DNA of 6,942 nucleotides from a virus (Duplodnaviria; Heunggongvirae; Uroviricota; Caudoviricetes): IMG/VR virus record IMGVR_UViG_2585427748_000004; one strand, 5' to 3'. Shown piece by piece: positions 1 to 6,180 of this stretch (position 1 is its first letter; each line of letters starts with the position of its first letter). The notes under the pieces were generated by a model. It saw only the letters and a program-made list of their open reading frames with translations, ran no database searches and was not told where the DNA came from. The position numbers and the translations under genes were made by a program.

Positions 1-1597
1 TGTGATGCATCAGATTCAGTTTGCCGTCTGTGGTCTGGGTGAAGAACGACATCAGGAACGGGTTACCAGTCCCGGTCATCGCCACGACGTCAGGTAACGC
101 TACATCGGTATACAGATAAATTCCCAGACCGAACTGGTTGTTGGTCAGTGCGCCTGACAGTCGAAACTTACAGCTCAGTCTGCCACCCCGTGTCAGCAGG
201 GAGACTGCGTCATCCACCGGATGCATCAGGGACCAAGTTTTATTGCTCTGCTTGGTAACCTTAAACACACCATCTTCCAGCGCAACACTGCCGCCGGTGA
301 TGGTCCAGCCCTGCGCAGCAGCCTCTCCGGCTGTCGGCAGCAGGGAGACTGTACGAACGGATGTGTCACCATCAGACGGCCCCGATGGAGTGTCGCCGCC
401 GGGCGAGGGTTTGATTTCCGGTGCCTTACCACTAATGAAGGCTAAGGTGCGACCGGCTACGTTCAGAATAGCAGTTGCCATACGATCGGGAATAATGCCA
501 CGACGCGCCCATGAGCTGAAATGCGTCGGGCGATTTGATGATACCCAGTTTTTGTTCGTTCGGGATGCCGAACCGTAATAACCAGACCCGGCAATATCAG
601 GATCTTCTGACGGGTTGTTTGTCGGTGTATTAACTCCGCTACCATCGGTCATAAAGGGAACAAAATAAATCTGCTGGGATTCTTTACCTTTATATGCACC
701 ATATACCACTTCATATTGCGTACCGTGTTCTTGTTTCCACGCGTATGTCGTGTCGCCACAAATCCAGGGGACTGATGCCGGACTTCCACCGTGACACTGC
801 GCCGCCAGCCCGGCAAGGTCAGCACGGAACTGCTGTACCATTGCAAGAAATGCTGCTGGCTGCTGGGCGTAACTGGCATTCGTCATATCGAATTCCCCCT
901 GCATCCAGCATATCGCCAGCAAAACGTTTTTCGGATTTTTCTGCAATGCTGCCTTCGTGCGGAAAAGCAGATCCTGATATAACGGCTTACCCACTCCCCA
1001 GCGAGCCGAATCCTGACTGGCCCCCGTGGACTCGCTGAATGTCCCCTCCGTGCCCTGGGTGAATGCCGAACCACCACGACAGCATGGTACCAGCAGGATC
1101 CCCGCGTTATTAGGGATATACGGAAGCAGTTTTTTGGCAATATGTAAGCCCTGTCCGACACAGCCGTACTGCCCTTTGCTCAGGTCAGCCCGGGGATGAT
1201 TAATCGTACTCATATCCTGAACATCATGCAGACAATGGTCAGCAGGAATGATGTCGTTAAATACGCATACTTCACCACCGGGAGTCACTGTGTTACGACG
1301 GGCCAGTTGCTTAATGCGCGGATGGGGCGCATCGTATGAATCCGGAAGCGGAAGCCCTTCACCGTAAGCCATGGCATTGGATTGCCCGGCCAGTACGATG
1401 ACGTAGTACCACTCCGGCTCAGTTGCACCACTGACGACCACATCACCTTCTGCTGCAATCGCCTGCATCAGGGTATAAGGGGTTATGGCCACCGGACTAC
1501 CAAACGGCTGCCAGCCCTCTTTCAGTTTATGTGTCAGCTTTTCCGCAAGATCTGACGGCGACGCCGCCCTGACAACATCATAGTGTTTAAATGCCAT
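1..1597 (-). CDS. nanS: NanS-p-type sialate 9-O-acetylesterase (SASA/SGNH-like), partial: C-terminus lies beyond the left window edge
   Basis: Minus-strand frame open from ATG at 1597 to position 2 with no stop (about 532 codons), which is why it is absent from the stop-bounded ORF track. Translation begins MAFKHYDVV... and contains VIVLAGQSNAMAYGEG, the GQSN motif of sialate O-acetylesterases. Its position downstream of the tRNAs and cargo slot matches nanS-p in Stx-type phages. An in-frame ATG at 1612 lacks a Shine-Dalgarno; the 1597 start has GGTGGAAAG upstream. Confidence 0.8.
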   Translation of the reverse strand, partial: MAFKHYDVVRAASPSDLAEKLTHKLKEGWQPFGSPVAITPYTLMQAIAAEGDVVVSGATEPEWYYVIVLAGQSNAMAYGEGLPLPDSYDAPHPRIKQLARRNTVTPGGEVCVFNDIIPADHCLHDVQDMSTINHPRADLSKGQYGCVGQGLHIAKKLLPYIPNNAGILLVPCCRGGSAFTQGTEGTFSESTGASQDSARWGVGKPLYQDLLFRTKAALQKNPKNVLLAICWMQGEFDMTNASYAQQPAAFLAMVQQFRADLAGLAAQCHGGSPASVPWICGDTTYAWKQEHGTQYEVVYGAYKGKESQQIYFVPFMTDGSGVNTPTNNPSEDPDIAGSGYYGSASRTNKNWVSSNRPTHFSSWARRGIIPDRMATAILNVAGRTLAFISGKAPEIKPSPGGDTPSGPSDGDTSVRTVSLLPTAGEAAAQGWTITGGSVALEDGVFKVTKQSNKTWSLMHPVDDAVSLLTRGGRLSCKFRLSGALTNNQFGLGIYLYTDVALPDVVAMTGTGNPFLMSFFTQTTDGKLNLMHH

Positions 1598-1857
1598 GGT
1601 TCTTTCCACCATCTGAAAAATGATTCTTTAAAATACCTGACATGTAATACAGAAAAAACACAAAACCATACCTTAAATAAAAACCTCATCATCAAGCAGA
1701 TATGCATGGATAAACTACAAGACGAGATATAAACCACCCTGCATTTAAATAAACAATAAACAACATCAGAAAAATAATTCTGCTCTATGGTTTACAATCA
1801 AAAATATCATTTATACTTTTCAGAACATCACCAGCAAGGCATAAACAAGGAAACTAA

Positions 1858-2193
1858 ATGAAGTGGATTGTGATTGATACAGTTATCCAGCCATCATGCG
1901 GAATATCTTTTTCAGTCATATGGAGTAAAATAAAATTAATAATCTGGTATCAATCGGATGCTTTCTTACCTCCTGAAAGTATATTTACACTGACTCACAC
2001 AGGCATCATGCTCAATAACAAAGTGCTACCTGTAACCATTTACAACGTAGTACCATTCAATAAAACATTCTGGAATTTAATCAAAAACAGCCAGGAATGC
2101 CCTACAAATACAGATAACGTATTGAATGAATGCTTTAATAACCGTTGCACTCTGCAAATATGTCCTTATGGGCTAAAACAACAAAGTCCATAA
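1858..2193 (+). CDS. Hypothetical 111-aa protein in AT-rich cargo DNA, opposite strand to late transcription
   Basis: ATG at 1858 preceded by AAGGAA 5 nt upstream; -35-like TTTACA (1789-1794) and -10-like TATACT further upstream. The frame stays open for 111 codons in roughly one-third-GC DNA, where stops are frequent. Six AUA Ile codons. No family recognised. Confidence 0.35.
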   Translation: MKWIVIDTVIQPSCGISFSVIWSKIKLIIWYQSDAFLPPESIFTLTHTGIMLNNKVLPVTIYNVVPFNKTFWNLIKNSQECPTNTDNVLNECFNNRCTLQICPYGLKQQSP

Positions 2194-2211
2194 GGAGTTT
2201 ACTCACATCTG

Positions 2212-2249
2212 ACAAAATCAATATAAACAGCCCCTCCGGAGAGGGGCTG
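2212..2249 (-). terminator. Candidate intrinsic terminator at the 3' end of repeat unit A
   Basis: Perfect 9-bp stem CAGCCCCTC/GAGGGGCTG with 4-nt loop (2228-2249), followed on the minus strand by TTTATATTGATTTTGT. Confidence 0.4.
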
Positions 2250-2437
2250 GAGAGTGGCGCTATGTGCCATTGCATGGTGCCGGGTGCCTCCCGGTGAATT
2301 CAGTACCAGCACCTGAATCCGCGATTATCCCATATACCTACTCGCTGATTACCCCTCCGCACAGGGGGATTCACCATGCGAAATTTTTTAACAAACTTCC
2401 CGCCGGCCAGACAATAATCGCCAGCCTGAATTATGAG
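2228..2437. repeat. Structured repeat unit A (~210 bp)
   Basis: Shares with unit B the hairpin GCCCCTCCGGAGAGGGGC, GCATGGTGCC(N)GG..CCTCCCGGT.AATTCAG, GGGGGATTCACCATGCGA and TTTTAACAAA...CAGACAAT.ATC blocks. Internal stems are kept by different sequences in the two copies. Confidence 0.6.
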
Positions 2438-2472
2438 CAACGTGGCATTTTACGGGAAAACTGTTTTCTGCA

Positions 2473-2497
2473 GTAAAAAGGCCCGCCGGAGCGAGCC
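2473..2497 (-). terminator. Candidate intrinsic terminator at the 3' end of the diverged middle unit
   Basis: Stem GGCCCGC/GCGAGCC (one G-U pair) with the same CGGA/TCCG loop as the other two hairpins, followed on the minus strand by TTTTTAC. Confidence 0.4.
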
Positions 2498-2691
2498 TGG
2501 AAGGATAGCGGTCATGTGATGCCGGTTTCCCGGTAACTCAGCATCGGTATCTGAGTCAACGTTTTCTCTACTGGGTCATTTCCGATACGTTCCGCCTTCC
2601 GGCAGACTTTCATCACGTCAGAAAATATAGCACCCTGAGTAACAGGACAGTACTCAGAATTCAGGAAACTGTGACACATCCTGCACAGAAA
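2480..2691. repeat. Diverged third copy of the structured repeat (middle unit)
   Basis: Starts with the same loop-type hairpin and retains a TGCCGG..TTCCCGGTAACTCAG block resembling TGCCGGGTGCCTCCCGGTGAATTCAG of unit A; the rest has diverged. Aligned by eye only. Confidence 0.35.
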
Positions 2692-2711
2692 AGCCCCTCC
2701 GGAGAGGGGCT
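2684..2711 (-). terminator. Candidate intrinsic terminator at the 3' end of repeat unit B
   Basis: Perfect 8-bp stem AGCCCCTC/GAGGGGCT with loop CGGA (2692-2711), followed on the minus strand by TTTTCTGTG. Confidence 0.4.
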
Positions 2712-2906
2712 GAAGTATAGCCTAATTTCTGTCTGTCGCATGGTGCCAGGGGCCTCCCGGTAAATTCAGCCTGTCTACTGAATTTGCATGTTCTCTGGAT
2801 CATACACTTTGCCAGATGCCCCGCCGCTGAGGGGGATTCACCATGCGATGTAATTTTTAACAAATTCTCCGGCAGCCAGACAATCATCAAGCTGTGGAAT
2901 TGTGAG
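2692..2906. repeat. Structured repeat unit B (~215 bp)
   Basis: Direct repeat of unit A. Stem pairs GCATGGTG/CACCATGC and AATTCAG/CTGAAT are kept while loops and some stem bases differ. Confidence 0.6.
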
Positions 2907-3083
2907 GTATTTAAAAATTTCAACGTGTAACTGATACCCTGCTAATCGCCTGATGCTTTCTTTTTCAGCAACGGGAAAGCAACAACCACACACCCGCCAC
3001 CAAAACACCATCAGACAGCACCGACATTATCCGGCTGCTGAAGTCCACCATCACCACCAGAAACAACAGGAGTGCAACCACAG

Positions 3084-3126
3084 CTGCTTAGAAGGCAATT
3101 GCTCTGTCCGGCTGAGCTAACAACGC
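3084..3126 (-). pseudogene. tRNA-Arg(UCU)-like 5' fragment: acceptor strand, D-arm and anticodon arm present, no T-arm or 3' acceptor strand
   Basis: Minus strand reads GCGTTGT-TA-GCTC-AGCCGGACA-GAGC-A-ATTGC-CTTCTAA-GCAGC, with anticodon TCT. The downstream sequence has no TTCGA/TTCAA-type T-loop and no ACAACGC to pair with the acceptor strand. Confidence 0.5.
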
Positions 3127-3140
3127 AGAATACCGATAAA

Positions 3141-3217
3141 TGGACCGCCATCGAGAACTCGAACCCCGCGCAACCAGCTTCGAAGGCTGGCGCTCTATCC
3201 CGATGAGCTAATGGTGG
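3141..3217 (-). tRNA. tRNA-Arg, anticodon UCG (77 nt including CCA)
   Basis: Manual fold: acceptor CCACCAT/ATGGCGG (one A-C mismatch), D-stem GCTC/GAGC, anticodon stem CCAGC/GCTGG with loop CTTCGAA, T-stem CGGGG/TCTCG (two G-U pairs), T-loop TTCGAGT, discriminator T, CCA. Lies 9 nt downstream of the Ile tRNA. Confidence 0.7.
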
Positions 3218-3226
3218 TATGTGATA

Positions 3227-3302
3227 TGGTGGCCCTTGCTGGATTTGAACCAGCGACCTGGCGATTATGAGTCGCTCGCTCTCACCACTGAGCTAAAGGG
3301 CC
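3227..3302 (-). tRNA. ileZ: tRNA-Ile2 (anticodon CAU, AUA-decoding type), 76 nt
   Basis: Minus strand reads GGCCCTTTAGCTCAGTGGTGAGAGCGAGCGACTCATAATCGCCAGGTCGCTGGTTCAAATCCAGCAAGGGCCACCA. Perfect acceptor stem, anticodon loop CTCATAA, and close match to E. coli ileX as I recall it. Confidence 0.85.
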
Positions 3303-3351
3303 GGGAGCAGAATAATAATGGTGCGTAATTAATTCTGCAATCTCATCCGTT

Positions 3352-4401
3352 TCAAACGATTAAATCCTGAACTTCCCTGACTGTCTGCTCAAAACGTCCG
3401 GTCTCCAGCTCAACGCCAATCGCACGACGCCCGAGCGCCAGTGCCGCTTTTACCGTTGAACCTGAGCCCATAAAAAAATCTGCAACCAGGTCACCCGGAC
3501 GACTGCTTGCGCTGATTATCTGCTGCAGCATTTCTGCCGGTTTTTCGCACGGATGTTTCCCGGGATAGAACTGCACCGGTTTATGTGTCCACACATCCGT
3601 GTACGGCACCTGCGCCGTCACACCAAAATACCGCCGCAGATGCTTATATTCACTCTGCAGCTCCACATACTGCCGGTTCAGTGACGTATACGTATCCACC
3701 AGCTGGTGGTGGGGCTTTTCCAGTTCACCGCGCTGATGTTTCTCTTCTGCCACCCGGGCAAACAGCGACTGTAATTTCAGATAATCGCTTTCGTTCGGTA
3801 GCTGCCACTGACTGGCACTGAACCAGTGCGACACCATGTTTTTCTTTCCTGTGGCATCTGCAATCTGTTTTGCCGTTATCCCCAGGGCCGCGCACGCATC
3901 ACGAAAGTAAGAAATCAGCGGGGCCATCACATGCTGTTTCAGTGCACTGCCCTTCGCCGCATACCCGGCATCTTTCGGACGATACGGCCCCTGATAATGT
4001 TCCGCGAGCAGAATGCGCTCTGTGGCGGGGAAATACGCCCGCAGGCTTTCCTTGTTGCATCCGTTCCAGCGTCCGGACGGCTTCGCCCAGATAATATGGT
4101 TCAGCACACTGAAGCGTTCACGCATCATGATTTCGATATCAGATGCCAGGCGATGACCACAGAACAGGTAAAGACTTCCGGCAGGTTTCAGCACCCGCCA
4201 GAACTGCGCCAGACACTGGTCCAGCCACTTCAGGTAATCATCGTCGCCCTTCCACTGGTTATCCCAGCCCTCAGGCTTCACTTTAAAGTACGGCGGGTCC
4301 GTGACTATCAGGTCAACAGAATTTTCGGGTAACGACCGGATAAATTCCAGGCAGTCGGCGTTGATTAACTCACAACTGGATATTTTTACAGTATTAAGCA
4401 T
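3352..4401 (-). CDS. DNA methyltransferase, beta-class amino-methyltransferase (N6-adenine or N4-cytosine), apparently orphan
   Basis: 349-aa ORF with motif IV VTDPPYF near the N-terminus and motif I DFFMGSGST near the C-terminus, the beta-class order. No restriction endonuclease candidate lies adjacent: a 65-aa ORF upstream and tRNAs downstream. Confidence 0.9.
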   Translation of the reverse strand: MLNTVKISSCELINADCLEFIRSLPENSVDLIVTDPPYFKVKPEGWDNQWKGDDDYLKWLDQCLAQFWRVLKPAGSLYLFCGHRLASDIEIMMRERFSVLNHIIWAKPSGRWNGCNKESLRAYFPATERILLAEHYQGPYRPKDAGYAAKGSALKQHVMAPLISYFRDACAALGITAKQIADATGKKNMVSHWFSASQWQLPNESDYLKLQSLFARVAEEKHQRGELEKPHHQLVDTYTSLNRQYVELQSEYKHLRRYFGVTAQVPYTDVWTHKPVQFYPGKHPCEKPAEMLQQIISASSRPGDLVADFFMGSGSTVKAALALGRRAIGVELETGRFEQTVREVQDLIV

Positions 4402-4433
4402 GGATCATTAAGCCTGTCTCTGATAGGCTCATT

Positions 4434-4452
4434 CTGCTTTTGCGCAAAGCAG
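4434..4452. promoter_or_regulatory. Near-perfect 19-bp palindrome 33-50 bp upstream of the methyltransferase start; candidate operator or RNA hairpin
   Basis: CTGCTTTTGCGCAAAGCAG, arms CTGCTTT/AAAGCAG around GCGC, with weaker flanking symmetry (AGGCTC...GGGCCT). A second imperfect hairpin, CTGGTGGGGTG...CACCCACCAG, lies at 4495-4524. Confidence 0.3.
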
Positions 4453-4537
4453 TGGGCCTGAGGTTTGCTTGTGAACCCAACGCATGAGCAGATGGCTGGT
4501 GGGTGCCCCTAACACCCACCAGCCGCCCATTTACCAC

Positions 4538-4565
4538 AAATAAAAAAGCCTTCACTGCGGAAGGC
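4538..4565 (-). terminator. Intrinsic terminator on the late strand (second after PR')
   Basis: Stem GCCTTC/GAAGGC (4548-4565) followed on the minus strand by TTTTTTATTT (4538-4547). It overlaps the stop codon of the 65-aa ORF. Confidence 0.6.
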
Positions 4566-4749
4566 GTCTGTAACAACCGAACTGATAGTCTGCCAGATCC
4601 GCCATAACCAGCTGGGTCAGTATTAACTGGCAGCGTTCGCGTGAAAGGTAAGTATTCTGCGCTATCTCCCCGACTGTCGCCGGTTCGGTAACGCTTAATT
4701 CATTAAACACCACTCTGGCGGTTTCTGTCATATCCTGCTGTTTTAGCAT
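4552..4749 (-). CDS. Hypothetical 65-aa protein with a possible helix-turn-helix segment
   Basis: Start taken at the internal ATG at 4749 (MLKQQDMTET...), preceded by AAGGGA 7 nt upstream. The longer track ORF starting at 4836 would begin inside the PR' leader. The segment ATVGEIAQNTYLSRERCQLILTQL looks HTH-like by eye only. Confidence 0.45.
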   Translation of the reverse strand: MLKQQDMTETARVVFNELSVTEPATVGEIAQNTYLSRERCQLILTQLVMADLADYQFGCYRRLPQ

Positions 4750-4869
4750 GTCTTTTTCCCTTTTCCGGTTAACGTGACACACCAATAACTCTTGTCGAAA
4801 AAGCCAGCAAGCTGAAAGACAGGTATTCACCGCCACCAGCGCGTTTACTATACTGACGCGATTTCAGTC

Positions 4870-4894
4870 ATAAAAAACCCGCCAGGCGGCGGGG
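4870..4894 (-). terminator. Intrinsic terminator about 45-65 nt downstream of the PR' start (tR'-like)
   Basis: Stem CCCGCC/GGCGGG (4878-4893) followed on the minus strand by TTTTTTAT (4870-4877). Confidence 0.65.
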
Positions 4895-4930
4895 TGTAAA
4901 AAATCTTCTAACGTCAGGCATAAAACGCCC

Positions 4931-4970
4931 ATCGTTAGAGCAAATTTACCACAGATTCGGGAAAAATCAA
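4931..4970 (-). promoter_or_regulatory. Late promoter PR' with a lambda-like -10 and promoter-proximal pause element (qut region)
   Basis: Minus strand reads TTGATT-(16 nt)-TAAATT-TGCTCT-AACGATGGGCG, against lambda PR' as I recall it: TTGACT-(17)-TAAATT-TGACTC-AACGATGGG. It sits immediately downstream of the Q stop codon (4976). Confidence 0.7.
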
Positions 4971-4975
4971 CAACA

Positions 4976-5797
4976 CTATCGCGTTACCCTCTTTAACTGC
5001 CGCTCCGCCCATGCCTCTTCAATGTCAAACCGAACCACCAACGTATCGTAAAAGCGTTTCACTGATTTTTTCCACGTATCAAGCGTGATAGCACTCGTCA
5101 CTTTGCATATGGCATTAAATGCCTCCGTTGATGGTAGTCTTTCACAGCCACGACCACCACAACGCTGGCAGTCTCTGATAACAGGCATACCACGTTTTAC
5201 CGACTCTTCACGATGAATGGCGACACCACGCCCACGGCAATCCTTACAGGCGGTGGAAACCTCACCCTTTCCGCCACACTCCGGACAGGCAACTTTTACC
5301 ACCTCCCTGACTTTTTTCCATTCTTCCCAGTAAGACGGATACACACCTTTCGTACACTTTGCCCATACCGGCGGCTTACCATCCGGATACTGGATCTTGT
5401 TTGTAAAAACCTCGCTTTCAATAAATTTGTTTCCGTGACAGCAGGAGCACTGTTTTTTGCTCGCCGCGCTGCGGGCATAATCTTCAAACGCATACGAAGC
5501 CATAATACGCATCACTGCCGGTTTTATTTCTGCCGGGAGTTTTCTTAACGCCGCCACGCGATCACACCGACTGAGTGCATATTCTGTCAGCAATTCTGTT
5601 GCCCGCTCTCTGTCATTCATACTAATGCCCATTTTCCCAAGGAACGCAGAAAACCCCATCTCAGCCCGATTCTGTGTCATGCCCTGCGCGGCCATCACAT
5701 CAGTGATACTCAGCGCATCTTTCGACGTTGAGGCCGATGCATCAGTCAGGCCGGGGGATTTTGGGGAGTAGTATTTCGGTAAATCTTCCAGTTTCAT
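4976..5797 (-). CDS. Q: Late-gene antitermination protein Q (cysteine-rich, zinc-binding type)
   Basis: 273-aa ORF directly after rusA and directly before PR'. It has CxxC clusters (CSCCHG, CPECGGKGEVSTACKDCRGRG, CQRCGGRGC). The call rests on synteny and these motifs, not on a search. Confidence 0.7.
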   Translation of the reverse strand: MKLEDLPKYYSPKSPGLTDASASTSKDALSITDVMAAQGMTQNRAEMGFSAFLGKMGISMNDRERATELLTEYALSRCDRVAALRKLPAEIKPAVMRIMASYAFEDYARSAASKKQCSCCHGNKFIESEVFTNKIQYPDGKPPVWAKCTKGVYPSYWEEWKKVREVVKVACPECGGKGEVSTACKDCRGRGVAIHREESVKRGMPVIRDCQRCGGRGCERLPSTEAFNAICKVTSAITLDTWKKSVKRFYDTLVVRFDIEEAWAERQLKRVTR

Positions 5798-6168
5798 TTT
5801 TTGACCTGCCCTTCAAGCATTATGGGGTAAATCTTCACGCCCAGCCGCCCCCCAGGAACGCGCTGACCGCGCACAATATTGATTTCATCAAACTGCTCGT
5901 CGTCTATGAGAAGTCCGGCATGCGTCAGCGCATCCAGTGGTGCTTTCAGAATATTGTCCAGGTCGCGACGACGCTTATCCGGTGGCTCTGCAATCACCTT
6001 TATCGCCAGCCTTCCGGACAGGCTTAATTTCAGCCGCTGCTGGCGAACAATAAGCGCCACAGCCCGGCGATAACGCTTTCCCTCCTCCGAGATAAAATAT
6101 GTGCTGCCACGGCGTCGCCAGTAAGTGTTCACCGTCGGCGGGTAAGGTAAAACCAAATCTATGAGCAT
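5794..6168 (-). CDS. rusA: Holliday junction resolvase RusA
   Basis: 124 aa. PPDKRRRDLDNILKAPLDALTHAGLLIDDEQ parallels E. coli RusA [31 protein letters not shown], including the catalytic acidic residues. GAGGTG Shine-Dalgarno upstream. Its TGA stop overlaps the Q ATG as ATGA. Confidence 0.9.
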   Translation of the reverse strand: MLIDLVLPYPPTVNTYWRRRGSTYFISEEGKRYRRAVALIVRQQRLKLSLSGRLAIKVIAEPPDKRRRDLDNILKAPLDALTHAGLLIDDEQFDEINIVRGQRVPGGRLGVKIYPIMLEGQVKK

Positions 6169-6180
6169 CAGTCACCTCTT

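Noticed and set aside
138-1161. Track ORFs inside the nanS-p region (138..578 +, 221..445 +, 694..1038 +, 791..982 +, 226..432 -, 463..645 -, 649..879 -, 883..1161 -)
   Set aside because: All lie within, antisense to or out of frame with the long unbroken minus-strand frame that encodes the GQSN-motif esterase. None has a recognisable motif.
1534-1737. 67-aa minus-strand ORF spanning the nanS-p start
   Set aside because: Out of frame with nanS-p and runs into the AT-rich intergenic region; low-complexity translation and no ribosome-binding site.
2222-2910. CRISPR array
   Set aside because: Only two or three long (~200 bp) diverged copies with no short, regularly spaced identical repeats and unique spacers.
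2264-2923. Track ORFs 2264..2476 (+) and 2654..2923 (-) over repeat units A and B
   Set aside because: The repeats are direct, yet these two ORFs are on opposite strands, so the repeat cannot be a conserved coding sequence. The conserved blocks behave like RNA stems.
1598-3083. Shiga toxin (stxA/stxB) or another toxin gene in the cargo slot
   Set aside because: No ORF on the late strand of suitable size and no signal-peptide-bearing A/B subunit pair. The only sizeable ORF is the unrelated 111-aa AT-rich frame on the other strand.
3585-4332. Plus-strand ORFs 3585..3821, 3826..4332 and 3870..4094
   Set aside because: Antisense to the methyltransferase gene, which carries clear catalytic motifs. 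These are typical shadow ORFs of GC-rich coding DNA.
4394-4576. 60-aa minus-strand ORF overlapping the methyltransferase start and the second terminator
   Set aside because: It spans the palindrome, a hairpin and the terminator and overlaps the methyltransferase start out of frame. No ribosome-binding site.
4750-4836. N-terminal extension of the small ORF (94-aa version starting at 4836)
   Set aside because: The upstream ATG lies just downstream of the tR'-like terminator with no Shine-Dalgarno, whereas the internal ATG at 4749 has AAGGGA upstream.
5213-6175. ORFs 5213..5548 (+), 5296..5493 (-), 5728..6027 (+), 5879..6073 (+) and 5975..6175 (-)
   Set aside because: Antisense or out-of-frame overlaps of the Q and rusA genes, which are supported by motifs and synteny.
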